A stretch of 64,000 bases of DNA from Octopus bimaculoides (Eukaryota): positions 15,925,576 to 15,989,575 of the forward strand of contig NC_068992.1 in NCBI RefSeq assembly GCF_001194135.2, given 5' to 3'. Below the pieces are notes generated by a model. The model was not told where the DNA came from and did no database searches. It worked only from the letters and a program-made list of their open reading frames with translations. Position numbers and translations under genes: made by a program. The stretch's first letter is position 1, and every line of letters starts with the position of its first letter. Shown piece by piece: positions 51,005 to 64,000 of this stretch.

Positions 51005-51974
51005 NNNNNNNNNNNNNNNNNNNNNNNNNNNNNNNNNNNNNNNNNNNNNNNNNNNNNNNNNNNNNNNNNNNNNNNNNNNNNNNNNNNNNNNNNNNNNNNN
51101 NNNNNNNNNNNNNNNNNNNNNNNNNNNNNNNNNNNNNNNNNNNNNNNNNNNNNNNNNNNNNNNNNNNNNNNNNNNNNNNNNNNNNNNNNNNNNNNNNNNN
51201 NNNNNNNNNNNNNNNNNNNNNNNNNNNNNNNNNNNNNNNNNNNNNNNNNNNNNNNNNNNNNNNNNNNNNNNNNNNNNNNNNNNNNNNNNNNNNNNNNNNN
51301 NNNNNNNNNNNNNNNNNNNNNNNNNNNNNNNNNNNNNNNNNNNNNNNNNNNNNNNNNNNNNNNNNNNNNNNNNNNNNNNNNNNNNNNNNNNNNNNNNNNN
51401 NNNNNNNNNNNNNNNNNNNNNNNNNNNNNNNNNNNNNNNNNNNNNNNNNNNNNNNNNNNNNNNNNNNNNNNNNNNNNNNNNNNNNNNNNNNNNNNNNNNN
51501 NNNNNNNNNNNNNNNNNNNNNNNNNNNNNNNNNNNNNNNNNNNNNNNNNNNNNNNNNNNNNNNNNNNNNNNNNNNNNNNNNNNNNNNNNNNNNNNNNNNN
51601 NNNNNNNNNNNNNNNNNNNNNNNNNNNNNNNNNNNNNNNNNNNNNNNNNNNNNNNNNNNNNNNNNNNNNNNNNNNNNNNNNNNNNNNNNNNNNNNNNNNN
51701 NNNNNNNNNNNNNNNNNNNNNNNNNNNNNNNNNNNNNNNNNNNNNNNNNNNNNNNNNNNNNNNNNNNNNNNNNNNNNNNNNNNNNNNNNNNNNNNNNNNN
51801 NNNNNNNNNNNNNNNNNNNNNNNNNNNNNNNNNNNNNNNNNNNNNNNNNNNNNNNNNNNNNNNNNNNNNNNNNNNNNNNNNNNNNNNNNNNNNNNNNNNN
51901 NNNNNNNNNNNNNNNNNNNNNNNNNNNNNNNNNNNNNNNNNNNNNNNNNNNNNNNNNNNNNNNNNNNNNNNNNN
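51005..51974. other. Assembly gap (largest of many; most are bordered by (TA)n)
   Basis: N run; similar gaps at about 5.1, 6.9, 9.2, 15.4, 20.5, 26.6, 32.0, 49.9, 52.9, 59.9, 60.9 and 62.7 kb. Confidence 0.99.
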
Positions 51975-52030
51975 ATATATATATCTATATATATATATAT
52001 ATATAATCATGCACCACCCACACATATATC

Positions 52031-52064
<34 letters not shown>

Positions 52065-52399
52065 ATATAAATGTATTTAGGTATGTAGTGTTTATTATAT
52101 ATATCATATAAGTGTATGTATATGATTTATATAGCAAGTGTGTGTGTATACACCCACACGCGCGCGCACACACAAACGCACATATAAACGCAGATATGTG
52201 TGTTTGCGTGCGGACGTGTGTGTGTGTAGTGTCTTAGATTGATGATAGAAAAATATGTCTTTCTGTGAGATCCATAAATACCAAGTTTGCAGAACAATCG
52301 AATTCATTCTTTGGTCGTCTACAGCAAATCCTGGAAAAGTGTATTTTGTGATACGACATATGATGCTGAGATTCCGTTTTATTTTCACACGCATATTGC

Positions 52400-52441
<42 letters not shown>

Positions 52442-52452
52442 NNNNNNNNNNC

Positions 52453-52497
<45 letters not shown>

Positions 52498-52818
52498 GAC
52501 AGACGCACAGGGAAATCAGTGCACACTCATACAGATGACCACGCATAAAAATACATACAGGCGCCCGCACGGTTGAAACGTGTTTACGTCCGGAGTAATA
52601 TATATGTAAATTATTTGATTAAATATCTTGGTTTCTTGATTTTTTTTCTTTTACTTCATTCCGTTTATAAGAGAGACAGACAGACACGTACACGCACATA
52701 TATGTATGTGTATATGTATGTATATCTATGTATCTATCTATCTATCTATATATCTATAAATATACACACACATATATTTATATATATATATACATACATA
52801 TACACATATGCATGTATA

Positions 52819-52879
<61 letters not shown>

Positions 52880-55800
52880 NNNNNNNNNNNNNNNNNNNNN
52901 NNNNNNNNNNNNNNNNNNNNNNNNNNNNNNNNNNNNNNNNNNNNNNNNNNNNNNNNNNNNNNNNNNNNNNNNNNNNNNNNNNNNNNNNNNNNNNNNNNNN
53001 NNNNNNNNNNNNNNNNNNNNNNNNNNNNNNNNNNNNNNNNNNNNNNNNNNNNNNNNNNNNNNNNNNNNNNNNNNNNNNNNNNNNNNNNNNNNNNNNNNNN
53101 NNNNNNNNNNNNNNNNNNNNNNNNNNNNNNNNNNNNNNNNNNNNNNNNNNNNNNNNNNNNNNNNNNNNNNNNNNNNNNNNNNNNNNNNNNNNNNNNNNNN
53201 NNNNNNNNNNNNNNNNNNNNNNNNNNNNNNNNNNNNNNNNNNNNNNNNNNNNNNNNNNNNNNNNNNNNNNNNNNNNNNNNNNNNNNNNNNNNNNNNNNNN
53301 NNNNNNNNNNNNNNNNNNNNNNNNNNNNNNNNNNNNNNNNNNNNNNNNNNNNNNNNNNNNNNNNNNNNNNNNNNNNNNNTATATATATATATATATACAA
53401 TACACTGTGAACAGTAAGTGTTTGTAACATAATTGTGTTGTCTAGTTGCTTGCTACGTGTATTATACTTCCAAGACTATATCGATTCCCAGTGGGTTGAA
53501 GAATTACAGGTTTCTGTATACAAGAAAAAGAAGAACAACAAAAACAATAACGTCATCATTAAAGGAAAAAAGCCCCAACAATGTTACAAGTAAAATTCTA
53601 AAACACATATATAGATATATAATCTAATATATTTTTTTTATATTGTTCGTGTTCTTGCTGTCTGACGTCTTTTATTCTCGTTCATGCCGACGCTTATTCC
53701 ACATTTGTTCCAGTACAAACGTTAGCATTCGATTCAATGGAATATTGTTCTCAATAGTAATCTGGTTTGTTGTTTTATTTCTTACATTCAGTGAAGTTAC
53801 GAAGAGATATTTATTTCATCTGATTTTCTTCATTTTTAACTAAGATGGAGACTTGTATTGAAATATAAAATGAAACGTCTAACTGTGAGTAAGATTATTA
53901 GCTAATTTGTAAAACTTATAGAAAAGTAATTCTTTTATCCATTGGAATTCTTAAAACAAAACGGAGCATGTGAATTTCGAATCAATTTCCCTCAGTTACT
54001 GAAAGGCGTAAAATGTGCAATAATTTAACCACGTAGTACGACACCCTGTAGTACATGAACTCTAATGAATGTTATTATGCATATATAATCCCAGATGAAA
54101 GAAACAATGAAATACGACAATGAAGGCGGTTGAGCAACACCAAGGAATATGAGATGAGGTGTAAAACTTAAGGTCATAAGATGACCGCAATAGATATGGT
54201 AGAAATACATTAGAAAAAAATAGATATGATAGAAATGGAGAATTTCGTCTTTGACTGTACATTTACAAGCCACTTGGGATACATATTTTTATTGATGAAA
54301 TCAATAGTCTTAGAAAGTTCCCGAGGCCGAATAGGTAGAGTCACTGGAATGTTAGATAGAATACTTAGCATTATACTTTACTGATTTCCATTTTTTTAGT
54401 TCAAATCACCTAGATGATAATTTTGCCTGTCATCCTTTCAGTAGTCCATACAACATGCTCTGATTTCTATTCTGTCCAACCCTCCTTCTCCCCTCTTTCT
54501 TCCTCCATGAGAGACCAAATGTGGTCAGGCCAGGGAAAGGTTGGGCTTTTCCAAGAATGAAATATCAATGAATGCAAGGCTTCAAAGATGAGCAAAGCAA
54601 AGTAAGAGTGTTCCCACATAAGCGTTTTATCTTTTCCGTTTTTTGTAATCTTTTCTTCTTTTGGATAGCAATTGGCATCTTCATGGATTTCTAGTTTAAT
54701 CTGATTACTGATAGATATTTTAGTAACTGCATGGAACGAGAGTATATCACATAACCTCACGAGAAGTTGAAGTTTCGTATGCATTCCCCTTATATGCGAT
54801 ACTGTTTGAGGTCCGTTGCCAGTTCATTAATGCTAGCATTGTCTATCTTGTATTAAAAAGGTGTGAGATGTAGGCAATTTGAGTTAAACACATCCTAAAG
54901 TCATTTATGTTGATCATTAAACATTAATATGACGAAGTTCTCTAGGCAATGAGTAGTAGCTGTAAGAGGCCTGGAAACCGATTTCAAATTTCTAGACATA
55001 GTCCACTGGATTATAGAAAAATTATTCCCATGAACGGCTTGCCCTAAACCAGCTCCTTCGAATATCAAATTTTCGGCAATGATCCAGTCCTTAAAGATAA
55101 CTTCCAATATATTGTTTGTTATGTCTGTATTTGTAGATCTCTGCACCTTAAAATTTTGCTTTGTTGACAGGAATGCGTGGAAGGCAATTTCGATTCCTAT
55201 GGGATAAAATGAAGGACAAAACTAAAATCTAAACTGTCAAAACTTTTAGGAAAGAATTTAATATCTAGTCGCGAACTCTGGGTGCTTAAATGAATTAATA
55301 AAAGCATACCATACTCATTTGCATGTGACCTGTAGCTGCATCTTTTCTTTAATCAGCGATGTACTTTTAATGCGCATGTAAAATTTCAGTTTATTTTGAC
55401 TAAATAAGAAATTAAATACGATACTATTTGTACAGTGGCGTCTGGATTTTACTGTTACTTATTTCATAGACATTAACGAGCCAAAAGGTGAAGTTGAACA
55501 TAGAATTTAGTTATATATATACAAAGACTAATTACTGTAAATCGATCATTTATTCTACTGATCTGCTGTTCTGCCAACTTTATTATTGTTTGGTCTCCCA
55601 CTAACAATGGGCACAAAAGCTTGTATTTATTGTTTTATTGTTTTTACAATTGGCTTTACTCCAGAGAAAATTTTATCATTTCAGAGATATTAAATATAAG
55701 CGGTTTAACAATATCTCTTTTACCCTTTTTGTCACTTGCTATTAATATGCACATATTTTTCGTCATTGTTTGGTTTCCCTTTTTGTTTTATTACATAATC

Positions 55801-56460
55801 ATATTCTTTAATCTGTCACATCTCGTGCCAGCGAAGGAAGGTCTGAGTGCTGGCTCGGTGTGTTAATAATAGGAGCCAAATATATTTCAGGTGATACCAT
55901 ATTGACTGTACAAACTAAAGACAAAAAGTCGACAAATATATTAGATAATTATGCCTCATATACCTTGTCTGTAGAGTAGAGATTATCCTGGCAAAAATAG
56001 CAGAAAATCGTCATTGTCGCTGCCATCACCAACATGACCCTCACGACGAGCAACAAAATCAAAATTTACAACTTTTATCTCATTTATTTCATAAATTTCT
56101 TGCTTACTCTACATACATTTTGTTCCACTTATATTAATCATTTGAATATTTACAATACATATTTTTCCTATTCAGCATTTATTTTAACACATTTACCTCT
56201 ATATTTCAACGCATTTACGGATTATCTCTCACCGACAGACATTTTTTTTCTATTCACAGGCCAAATCTAATGCTCTTCTTTCGTTTTTCCATCATTCATG
56301 ATTCCAATCCTTATGCATAAAACACAAAACTCCCATTATGTTCCTTTGCAAGATGTTAATCACTCATAGATGGACCATCATTGCCGCCTAGGATACACTT
56401 TATATCAAAAATTCTCTTCATAGAATCCATTCGTTCAACTATTCATTTATCTCAACTCTT

Positions 56461-56692
56461 ATTTCTTTACTACCCACAAGGGGCTAAACACAAAGGGGAC
56501 AAACAAAGACAGACAAAGGGATTAGGTCGATTGTATCGACCCCAGTGCGTAACTGGTACTTAATTTATAGACTCCGAAAGGATGAAAAGCAAAGTCGACC
56601 TCGGCGGAATTTGAACTCAGAACGTAGCGGCAAACGAAATACCGCTAAGCATTTCGCTCGGCGTGCTAACGTTTCTGCCAGCTCACCGCCTT
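56461..56692 (-). mobile_element. SINE family B, young full-length copy
   Basis: Nearly identical to 36633-36863 over about 230 bp. Confidence 0.9.
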
Positions 56693-56869
56693 TTTTTATC
56701 TCAACTCTTGCTCATCTCATTTCACTACACTTTCATATCCATCCGATGAACCTTTGTGTACTTCATCCACCACCAGCTACTCTTTGGTCATCTTTCGTCA
56801 CGGCTCGAGGCCATTGATTTCATTTCGTCTCTCTATATATATTCTGCGCTACATTATTACCATCTTTGA

Positions 56870-57095
56870 ACATAAATGATTGCCGACCGCTTCTCAACAC
56901 ACCCATATCGCAAGCAACGCCTCATGTGCCAGATTCCTGACACTTCAAGTGAGCCACCTAGGATGCTGTCATATAGAACCGTGTGTGATGATGCTTGGTG
57001 TCTCGCTTTCCCAGTCTTTTTGCCGACCTCACTGCATCTGCACACGGTGGTGAGGAAAGGAGTTGCAAAAAGCAAGTTAAAAGAAGAATAACAGC
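56870..57095 (+). mobile_element. Degenerate, internally deleted RTE LINE 3' fragment
   Basis: STHPYRKQRLMCQIPD...PPRMLSYRTVC..AWCLA...HTVVRKGV resembles the RTE C-terminus (SMHTLL.QRRLRWLGHV.RM.D.RIPK.LLY...YKDVC...WE.LA.DR..WR..V.KGV). Confidence 0.45.
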
Positions 57096-57106
57096 ATGGT
57101 ACTAAT

Positions 57107-57280
57107 TTCTATCTTTTAGTTGCTACACTCATTGGATTGTGGTCATGCTGGTGCACCACATTGAAAGGTTTAGTCGAACAAGTTGGTCCTAGTACTTATT
57201 CCATCGGTTATGTATTGGCGAACTGCTCATTTACTGGGACATAGACAAATTATTATCGATTGTCAATCAGTGGAGGGAGG
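57107..57280 (-). mobile_element. SINE family A 3' module, diverged
   Basis: GTGGTCATGCTGGTGCACCAC...TTTAGTCGAAC...AGTACTTATT...CGATTGTCAA matches the reverse complement of the module. Confidence 0.7.
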
Positions 57281-57547
57281 ATATGCACAAACACATTGAT
57301 ACATATACACACACAAGCACACACAAACACGCGTGAACACACACACACACACATATGTACACACACATACATGTTTCTTATTCTTTCGCAAGTGACTTGA
57401 CAGTGACTTGGAAGTAACGACCAGCTAAGCCATCTTTGGATTGATGGTTTAACTGACAGAAACTTCCAAGACACTACCAATACCATTCTTTTTAAAGAAT
57501 AATAATGTGTACTCTACGAAATATATTCACTAAATCCTTATACATAC

Positions 57548-57590
<43 letters not shown>

Positions 57591-57597
<7 letters not shown>

Positions 57598-57722
57598 ATA
57601 TGAGATAAAAAACCAAGGCTGTGTATAATATAGAAGAGTTATAAATTAAATGTTCTATTTATAAATGTTCTATATTATACACAGCCTTGTTTTTTTTTTA
57701 ATCTCATTACGAAATCTTTATA
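57591..57722. mobile_element. Short fold-back/MITE-like palindrome
   Basis: Perfect 22-bp arms CAAGGCTGTGTATAATATAGAA (57614-35)/TTCTATATTATACACAGCCTTG (57668-89), extended outward by ATGAGAT/ATCTCAT and TATAAAGAT/ATCTTTATA; abuts (TA)n. Confidence 0.75.
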
Positions 57723-57962
57723 TTCATACGCTGATATATGACCTACATTGGACCCCTTATTCGCATAATCACCGAACCTGGACCTTAAATATGGTCTATC
57801 CACAGCACTTACTCAGCATTACCTGAAACCTCTGGGTCTAATTGACACCACCTTCACTCATAACCTATATANNNNNNNNNNNNTATATATATATATATAT
57901 ATATATATTCTTATATATATTATGTATATATGTATGTATGTATGTATGTATGCATGTACAAA

Positions 57963-58103
57963 TATTACGACGGATTTCTACGCAGCTCTCTCCATCAATT
58001 TAACTCGCAAGGTATTGGTGGCCTGAGGAAATAGCAGAAGGCCAAAATACAATGCAATGAGACTGAAACCGAAACTATGTGGTCGCAAACTGTGTTCTTA
58101 ATC
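57963..58103 (-). mobile_element. SINE family A head, diverged
   Basis: Ends ...ACTATGTGGT...CACACCGTCATGCCTGCGCCT. Confidence 0.7.
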
Positions 58104-58829
58104 ACACCGTCATGCCTGCGCCTATGTAGGAAATTTCAGAAACTATCCAAACCAAAATGAATCTTTATGAAGTTATAAATATTCAAATGCAAATAATTCT
58201 TCTTAGAAATATTTAAATAAAAATAAGAAATGTTAATAGAACAAACGTGGCAGTGATAAATTTGTGACGCTGTATTCCATTAATTTCTCAAATTTAATAT
58301 AATTTCATCTGATGAAAAATGCTTTTCAGTTATTTAAAATTTTGTGCAATTAATTATACAGGAATATATAATTCATTTATTTCCCACAAAAATAGAGATT
58401 TGAGTTGAACAACGAAAAATAAAATATTTTCCGTGTGTCGTCACATTACGTCTAATGGGCAATACAGTTTGTAGCCTTATGTTGTCTAAAACATTTTCCT
58501 GTTTGCCCTAAACGTCCATGCTTTGTTTCATAAACTCTGGGTAATATAAAGGTCTCCTTTGATAAGTTTCAAGTTACTGTAATGGCTGAAAAACTAGCAA
58601 CCTAAATTATTTGTAATTTTTCATATATCTTTTATTGAAAAAAAAATGTCCTTTGTTGTTAGATATTTATTTGTCTAGAATTCAAATCAATTATGCTCAC
58701 ACGTTCTTTGGCTTTCGTCTGTTTTAATTAAGATATTAGAACAAGCGATGTTAGCCAACAAAAAATTGCTCTTTTGGGGCTCCTGGGTAGACAAACAATT
58801 GCAGTATATATTCTATTTTTTACATGCTT

Positions 58830-59007
58830 CAGGCTTTGCGCTATGCCCATGCTGGGGCACAACCTTGAAGAATTGTAATCGAACGAATCAATTCCCAGTA
58901 CTTATTCTTATTTAAGCCTGGTACTCATCTTATCGCTGTCTTTTGTAAAACCGCTAAGTTACGCGGACGTAAACACGCCAACACTCGTTGTCAGACGGTG
59001 GTGGTGG
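58830..59007 (-). mobile_element. SINE family A 3' module
   Basis: CCATGCTGGGGCAC...CCCAGTACTTATTC...AACCGCTAAGTTACGCGGACGTAAACAC...GTTGTCAGACGGTGG. Confidence 0.8.
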
Positions 59008-59109
59008 TTGGTGGACAGCATTGACACAGACACAGACACAGACACACACACGCACAAACACACACACTCACACACGCATACACACATATATACATATATA
59101 ACCACACAC

Positions 59110-59235
59110 GTGCTTTTCGTTGACATTTCCTTTCTCCTCATTCTGACGAAGAGCTATGCTCGAAACGTTAGAACACCACTCTTTCTTTCAACTTTTACTG
59201 AGCGTCAAACTAATACATTCCATACGTACGTACTG
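59110..59235 (+). mobile_element. Penelope-like terminal fragment with minimal HHR
   Basis: CTGACGA-A-GAGC-TAT-GCTC-GAAAC-GTT at 59143-59169. Downstream GAGCGTCAAACTAATAC resembles GAGCGTCAGACTGATAC in the 48.0 kb copy, so the two are the same family. Confidence 0.6.
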
Positions 59236-61774
59236 TTGTTGTTATTGTTACTGTTATTTATTATATTCGATTGTTAATGTTCAACATTTAATGTTCGATT
59301 TGGATATATGTATATAGTTATGATATATTATATTACGAACGTAACAGAGTACCATATAAAGCTCGTGTCTCTTCAGATTGTACCCTGTGCTATCCAGTAG
59401 TAGTATATGTACTTCCAGGCTTGCGTTTAGGCTTCTGTAGTGTGTGATTCGAGAATCGATTAAGTTGCAATCTACAAGGAGTAAGATTGCACACTTATTT
59501 CCTATCACTAGTGATAGAAAATAAATGTACAACCGTACTCCCTCTTGTTGACTCCAATTTTTTCAATTATATATATAGCCACTGGATTTGGTTAAAAAGA
59601 GACGATGAGCGATGGCTAGAAAAATATTGAGCTTTGTTTCTAATAACCAGTTGATCTAACAAGCGGGGCCTCATATCAGTGATGGGGGCCGGTGCGCATT
59701 GATGCCGTCGAGAGGTAGGTCCCGAAACGGCGCGCATTCTCTCCTGATGACCCCATACTCTTGCTGGCTTCCGGTATGCGGAGTTCTCGACTGGTAGCAC
59801 TTGCATATGATAGTTGTTTGCAAGACATCTCTCTCTCTCTCTCTCTCTCTCTCACTATATNNNNNNNNNNNNNNNNNNNNNNNNNNNNNNNNNNNNNNNN
59901 NNNNNNNNNNNNNNNNNNNNNNNNNNNNNNNNNNNNNNNNNNNNNNNNNNNNNNNNNNNNNNNNNNNNNNNNNNNNNNNNNNNNNNNNNNNNNNNNNNNN
60001 NNNNNNNNNNNNNNNNNNNNNNNNNNNNNNNNNNNNNNNNNNNNNNNNNNNNNNNNNNNNNNNNNNNNNNNNNNNNNNNNNNNNNNNNNNNNNNNNNNNN
60101 NNNNNNNNNNNNNNNNNNNNNNNNNNNNNNNNNNNNNNNNNNNNNNNNNNNNNNNNNNNNNNNNNNNNNNNNNNNNNNNNNNNNNNNNNNNNNNNNNNNN
60201 NNNNNNNNNNNNNNNNNNNNNNNNNNNNNNNNNNNNNNNNNNNNNNNNNNNNNNNNNNNNNNNNNNNNNNNNNNNNNNNNNNNNNNNNNNNNNNNNNTAT
60301 ATATATATATATATACATACATACATGCATACATACATCCTTCCGTACATACATACATACATACAAACATACATACATACATGCAGACAAACATACATAC
60401 ATACGTTCATGTATGTGTTAATGTGAAGCTAATCAATATATGCAAATATATAGACAGAGAAAACAACATTGTTCTATGTAACCATGTTTATAAGACAGTC
60501 TGAAGAAAACTATGTATGCCTGCAACTAGTTATGTGTGCACTTGAGCGTGTGCATGTGTCTACGTGTGAGTGAGTGTGCGTGTGTGCTTGTGCAAAGTAG
60601 TGACAACCTTCATAGTGTTAAGTTGCAAGTATTAACTTCAATCAAATAACGTTTCAATTCAGCAATACACTTGGCAGGTTAAGTCTGAACTCTGTCATAA
60701 TTTAAATTCTGTTATTTCAGAATGATAATACGTACACATATATACAGAGCAACTGAGTCAGAGTGACACAAGTAGTGGAACATACAAACACAAGTACATA
60801 CACATCACATTATATGTATAATACATACATACATATATATATATAATACATACATACATACATACATACATACTTACATATATATATATATATATANNNN
60901 NNNNNNNNNNNNNNNNNNNNNNNNNNNNNNNNNNNNNNNNNNNNNNNNNNNNNNNNNNNNNNNNNNNNNNNNNNNNNNNNNNNNNNNNNNNNNNNNNNNN
61001 NNNNNNNNNNNNNNNNNNNNNNNNNNNNNNNNNNNNNNNNNNNNNNNNNNNNNNNNNNNNNNNNNNNNNNNNNNNNNNNNNNNNNNNNNNNNNNNNNNNN
61101 NNNNNNNNNNNNNNNNNNNNNNNNNNNNNNNNNNNNNNNNNNNNNNNNNNNNNNNNNNNNNNNNNNNNNNNNNNNNNNNNNNNNNNNNNNNNNNNNNNNN
61201 NNNNNNNNNNNNNNNNNNNNNNNNNNNNNNNNNNNNNNNNNNNNNNNNNNNNNNNNNNNNNNNNNNNNNNNNNNNNNNNNNNNNNNNNNNNNNNNNNNNN
61301 NNNNNNNNNNNNNNNNNNNNNNNNNNNNNNNNNNNNNNNNNNNNNNNNNNNNNNNNNNNNNNNNNNNNNNNNNNNNNNNNNNNNNNNNNNNNNNNNNNNN
61401 NNNNNNNNNNNNNNNNNNNNNNNNNNNNNNNNNNNNNNNNNNNNNNNNNNNNNNNNNNNNNNNNNNNNNNNNNNNNNNNNNNNNNNNNNNNNNNNNNNNN
61501 NNNNNNNNNNNNNNNNNNNNNNNNNNNNNNNNNNNNNNNNNNNNNNNNNNNNNNNNNNNNNNNNNNNNNNNNNNNNNNNNNNNNNNNNNNNNNNNNNNNN
61601 NNNNNNNNNNNNNNNNNNNNNNNNNNNNNNNNNNNNNNNNNNNNNNNNNNNNNNATATATATATATATATATATGTATATGTATATATATATGTATATAT
61701 GTATATATGCATATATGTTATATACGTATATATAGATACACATATACGTGTTATATATGATACATATATGCATA

Positions 61775-61808
<34 letters not shown>

Positions 61809-62603
61809 CACATATATATATATGTGTGTGTACATATATATGCATGCATATATAAACATACAGTTACACCCACACGCATACACACACTAACACACACTGA
61901 TATATTTTTGTACACATTGAAAGCAATGTAATTTAATGATAATGTATGAGTTAGAGAAAGTTTCATATTGATGATGAAGTAGTCGTTTCTATGTATATAT
62001 ATTTCCTGAACCAAATTGGAAATGCTTTAGTCTATACAATTATCTTATATAACATTTGTTTCCACATGAACATTAGGTAAAATTGCAAGGGCGCTATTTT
62101 CTTCTACTGTTATATTGTGAATAGCTGTAATCAATAACTTAAATGTTTATTAAATTCTAATGAAGAAAGTAAAAATAAGTGACCTCATATTTGCGTGACA
62201 ATTAAAGATAGGAAATGGGGAAAAGTACAAAAAAAAAAAGGCAAAACAAACATCACTATACCAGTTATAAGGGATGCAAATATGCATACGTGCATGTACG
62301 GCTCCTACACACACACACACACATACACACACACACACACACACATACATGTCAGAGAAAGTGCAGAATTTAATACAGACACACACGTATACATCTATAC
62401 TTATACATATGTATATGTATATGTATATGTATATACATATGTGTGTGTATGTGCGTGTTTGTAATGGAGATATGTATTAATGTTCCCATGTGGTACGCTT
62501 GAACAATTGTAAAAGTTACTCTCATGAAGAAAGTGTTAGCGTTGTCGACCCACAAAGAAAGCAGTGTTGAGCACTCATTCACACTCTTCGATATTTGCGT
62601 GTA

Positions 62604-62669
<66 letters not shown>

Positions 62670-63365
62670 CACAATTGACATTTTCTGTGATATACNNNNN
62701 NNNNNNNNNNNNNNNNNNNNNNNNNNNNNNNNNNNNNNNNNNNNNNNNNNNNNNNNNNNNNNNNNNNNNNNNNNNNNNNNNNNNNNNNNNNNNNNNNNNN
62801 NNNNNNNNNNNNNNNNNNNNNNNNNNNNNNNNNNNNNNNNNNNNNNNNNNNNNNNNNNNNNNNNNNNNNNNNNNNNNNNNNNNNNNNNNNNNNNNNNNNN
62901 NNNNNNNNNNNNNNNNNNNNNNNNNNNNNNNNNNNNNNNNNNNNNNNNNNNNNNNNNNNNNNNNNNNNNNNNNNNNNNNNNNNNNNNNNNNNNNNNNNNN
63001 NNNNNNNNNNNNNNNNNNNNNNNNNNNNNNNNNNNNNNNNNNNNNNNNNNNNNNNNNNNNNNNNNNNNNNNNNNNNNNNNNNNNNNNNNNNNNNNNNNNN
63101 NNNNNNNNNNNNNNNNNNNNNNNNNNNNNNNNNNNNNNNNNNNNNNNNNNNNNNNNNNNNNNNNNNNNNNNNNNNNNNNNNNNNNNNNNNNNNNNNNNNN
63201 NNNNNNNNNNNNNNNNNNNNNNNNNNNNNNNNNNNNNNNNNNNNNNNNNNNNNNNNNNNNNNNNNNNNNNNNNNNNNNNNNNNNNNNNNNNNNNNNNNNN
63301 NNNNNNNNNNNNNNNNNNNNNNNNNNNNNNNNNNNNNNNNNNNNNNNNNNNNNNNNNNNTATATG

Positions 63366-63401
<36 letters not shown>

Positions 63402-64000
63402 TATATAAAGAATAATAATAAATGGAAAAGAAATCAAGCGATTACTAAGTTTTGAAGTGGTTAAGAGCTGCTTAGCTCAATCATTGATAGAAATGTAACG
63501 TTTACGTGGTGTTACCTTCGTCTGCTGAATAAAGGAATTAGATCCCTAAGAATATAGCACTTCTTTTATTCTTTAGCAAATTTTAGCCATTGGTGTAGGG
63601 CATGCCTGGAAACCACTTTCCAGGATCTTGAACGATTATATTGTACGAGAAATTTCTTAGATCGATCGAAATAAAAGGCAGAAATGCAATTCGAGTAACA
63701 GTGTATGGGGAGAATTTTTAAAAAGTGTCACAACTGTAATTTATTATCATCAATAATTAACGGAGTTTAGAGAGGAAAAGCGAAATGCTAATTGTAATAA
63801 TTAGAATATAATCCTATTACGAGTTAGCAGGAGCGGTACAAAGTTTCTCTCGGGGTTTGTTAGTATTCAAGGTCAATAAAATGACATGAATGACTATTTT
63901 GAACAAATTGCTTTAAGATGAAAAGCAAAAAAATATTTCCTTCAAGAAAGTTGATTTCCTCAGAATTTTAGCATCGTAATACTTTACTTAAGGAGTCATG

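Noticed and set aside
54025-55146. Three short minus-strand ORFs (82, 105 and 81 aa)
   Set aside because: No recognisable motifs, interrupted by a decayed SINE, and no coherent splice structure.

Overview
AT-rich, microsatellite-saturated animal genomic DNA with many assembly N-gaps (roughly 10 kb), most of them bordered by (TA)n. The SINE repertoire suggests an octopod cephalopod, probably Octopus; this is inferred from recalled repeat consensus sequences and was not searched. No host protein-coding exon can be supported with confidence, and nearly all ORFs in the track are microsatellite or N-gap artefacts. The non-repetitive DNA consists mainly of three or four tRNA-derived SINE families and decayed retrotransposons (RTE, Dong/R4-type REL, Jockey/CR1-like RT, possibly Penelope). 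It also holds a piggyBac transposase relic and a mariner MITE. The most notable signal is a set of hammerhead-ribozyme (HHR) motifs, all on the + strand. One is a fully canonical type I HHR at 48432-48490, followed by a multi-hairpin domain. A double-HHR cassette enclosed by a perfect 17-bp inverted repeat lies at 43737-43887. Two minimal HHRs of the Penelope-associated kind sit at about 47.97 and 59.14 kb, and degenerate HHRs are paired with AAAAACCAAG fold-back elements at 34.0-34.6 and 57.6-57.8 kb. Together these suggest several non-autonomous Penelope-dependent, retrozyme-like RNA elements.
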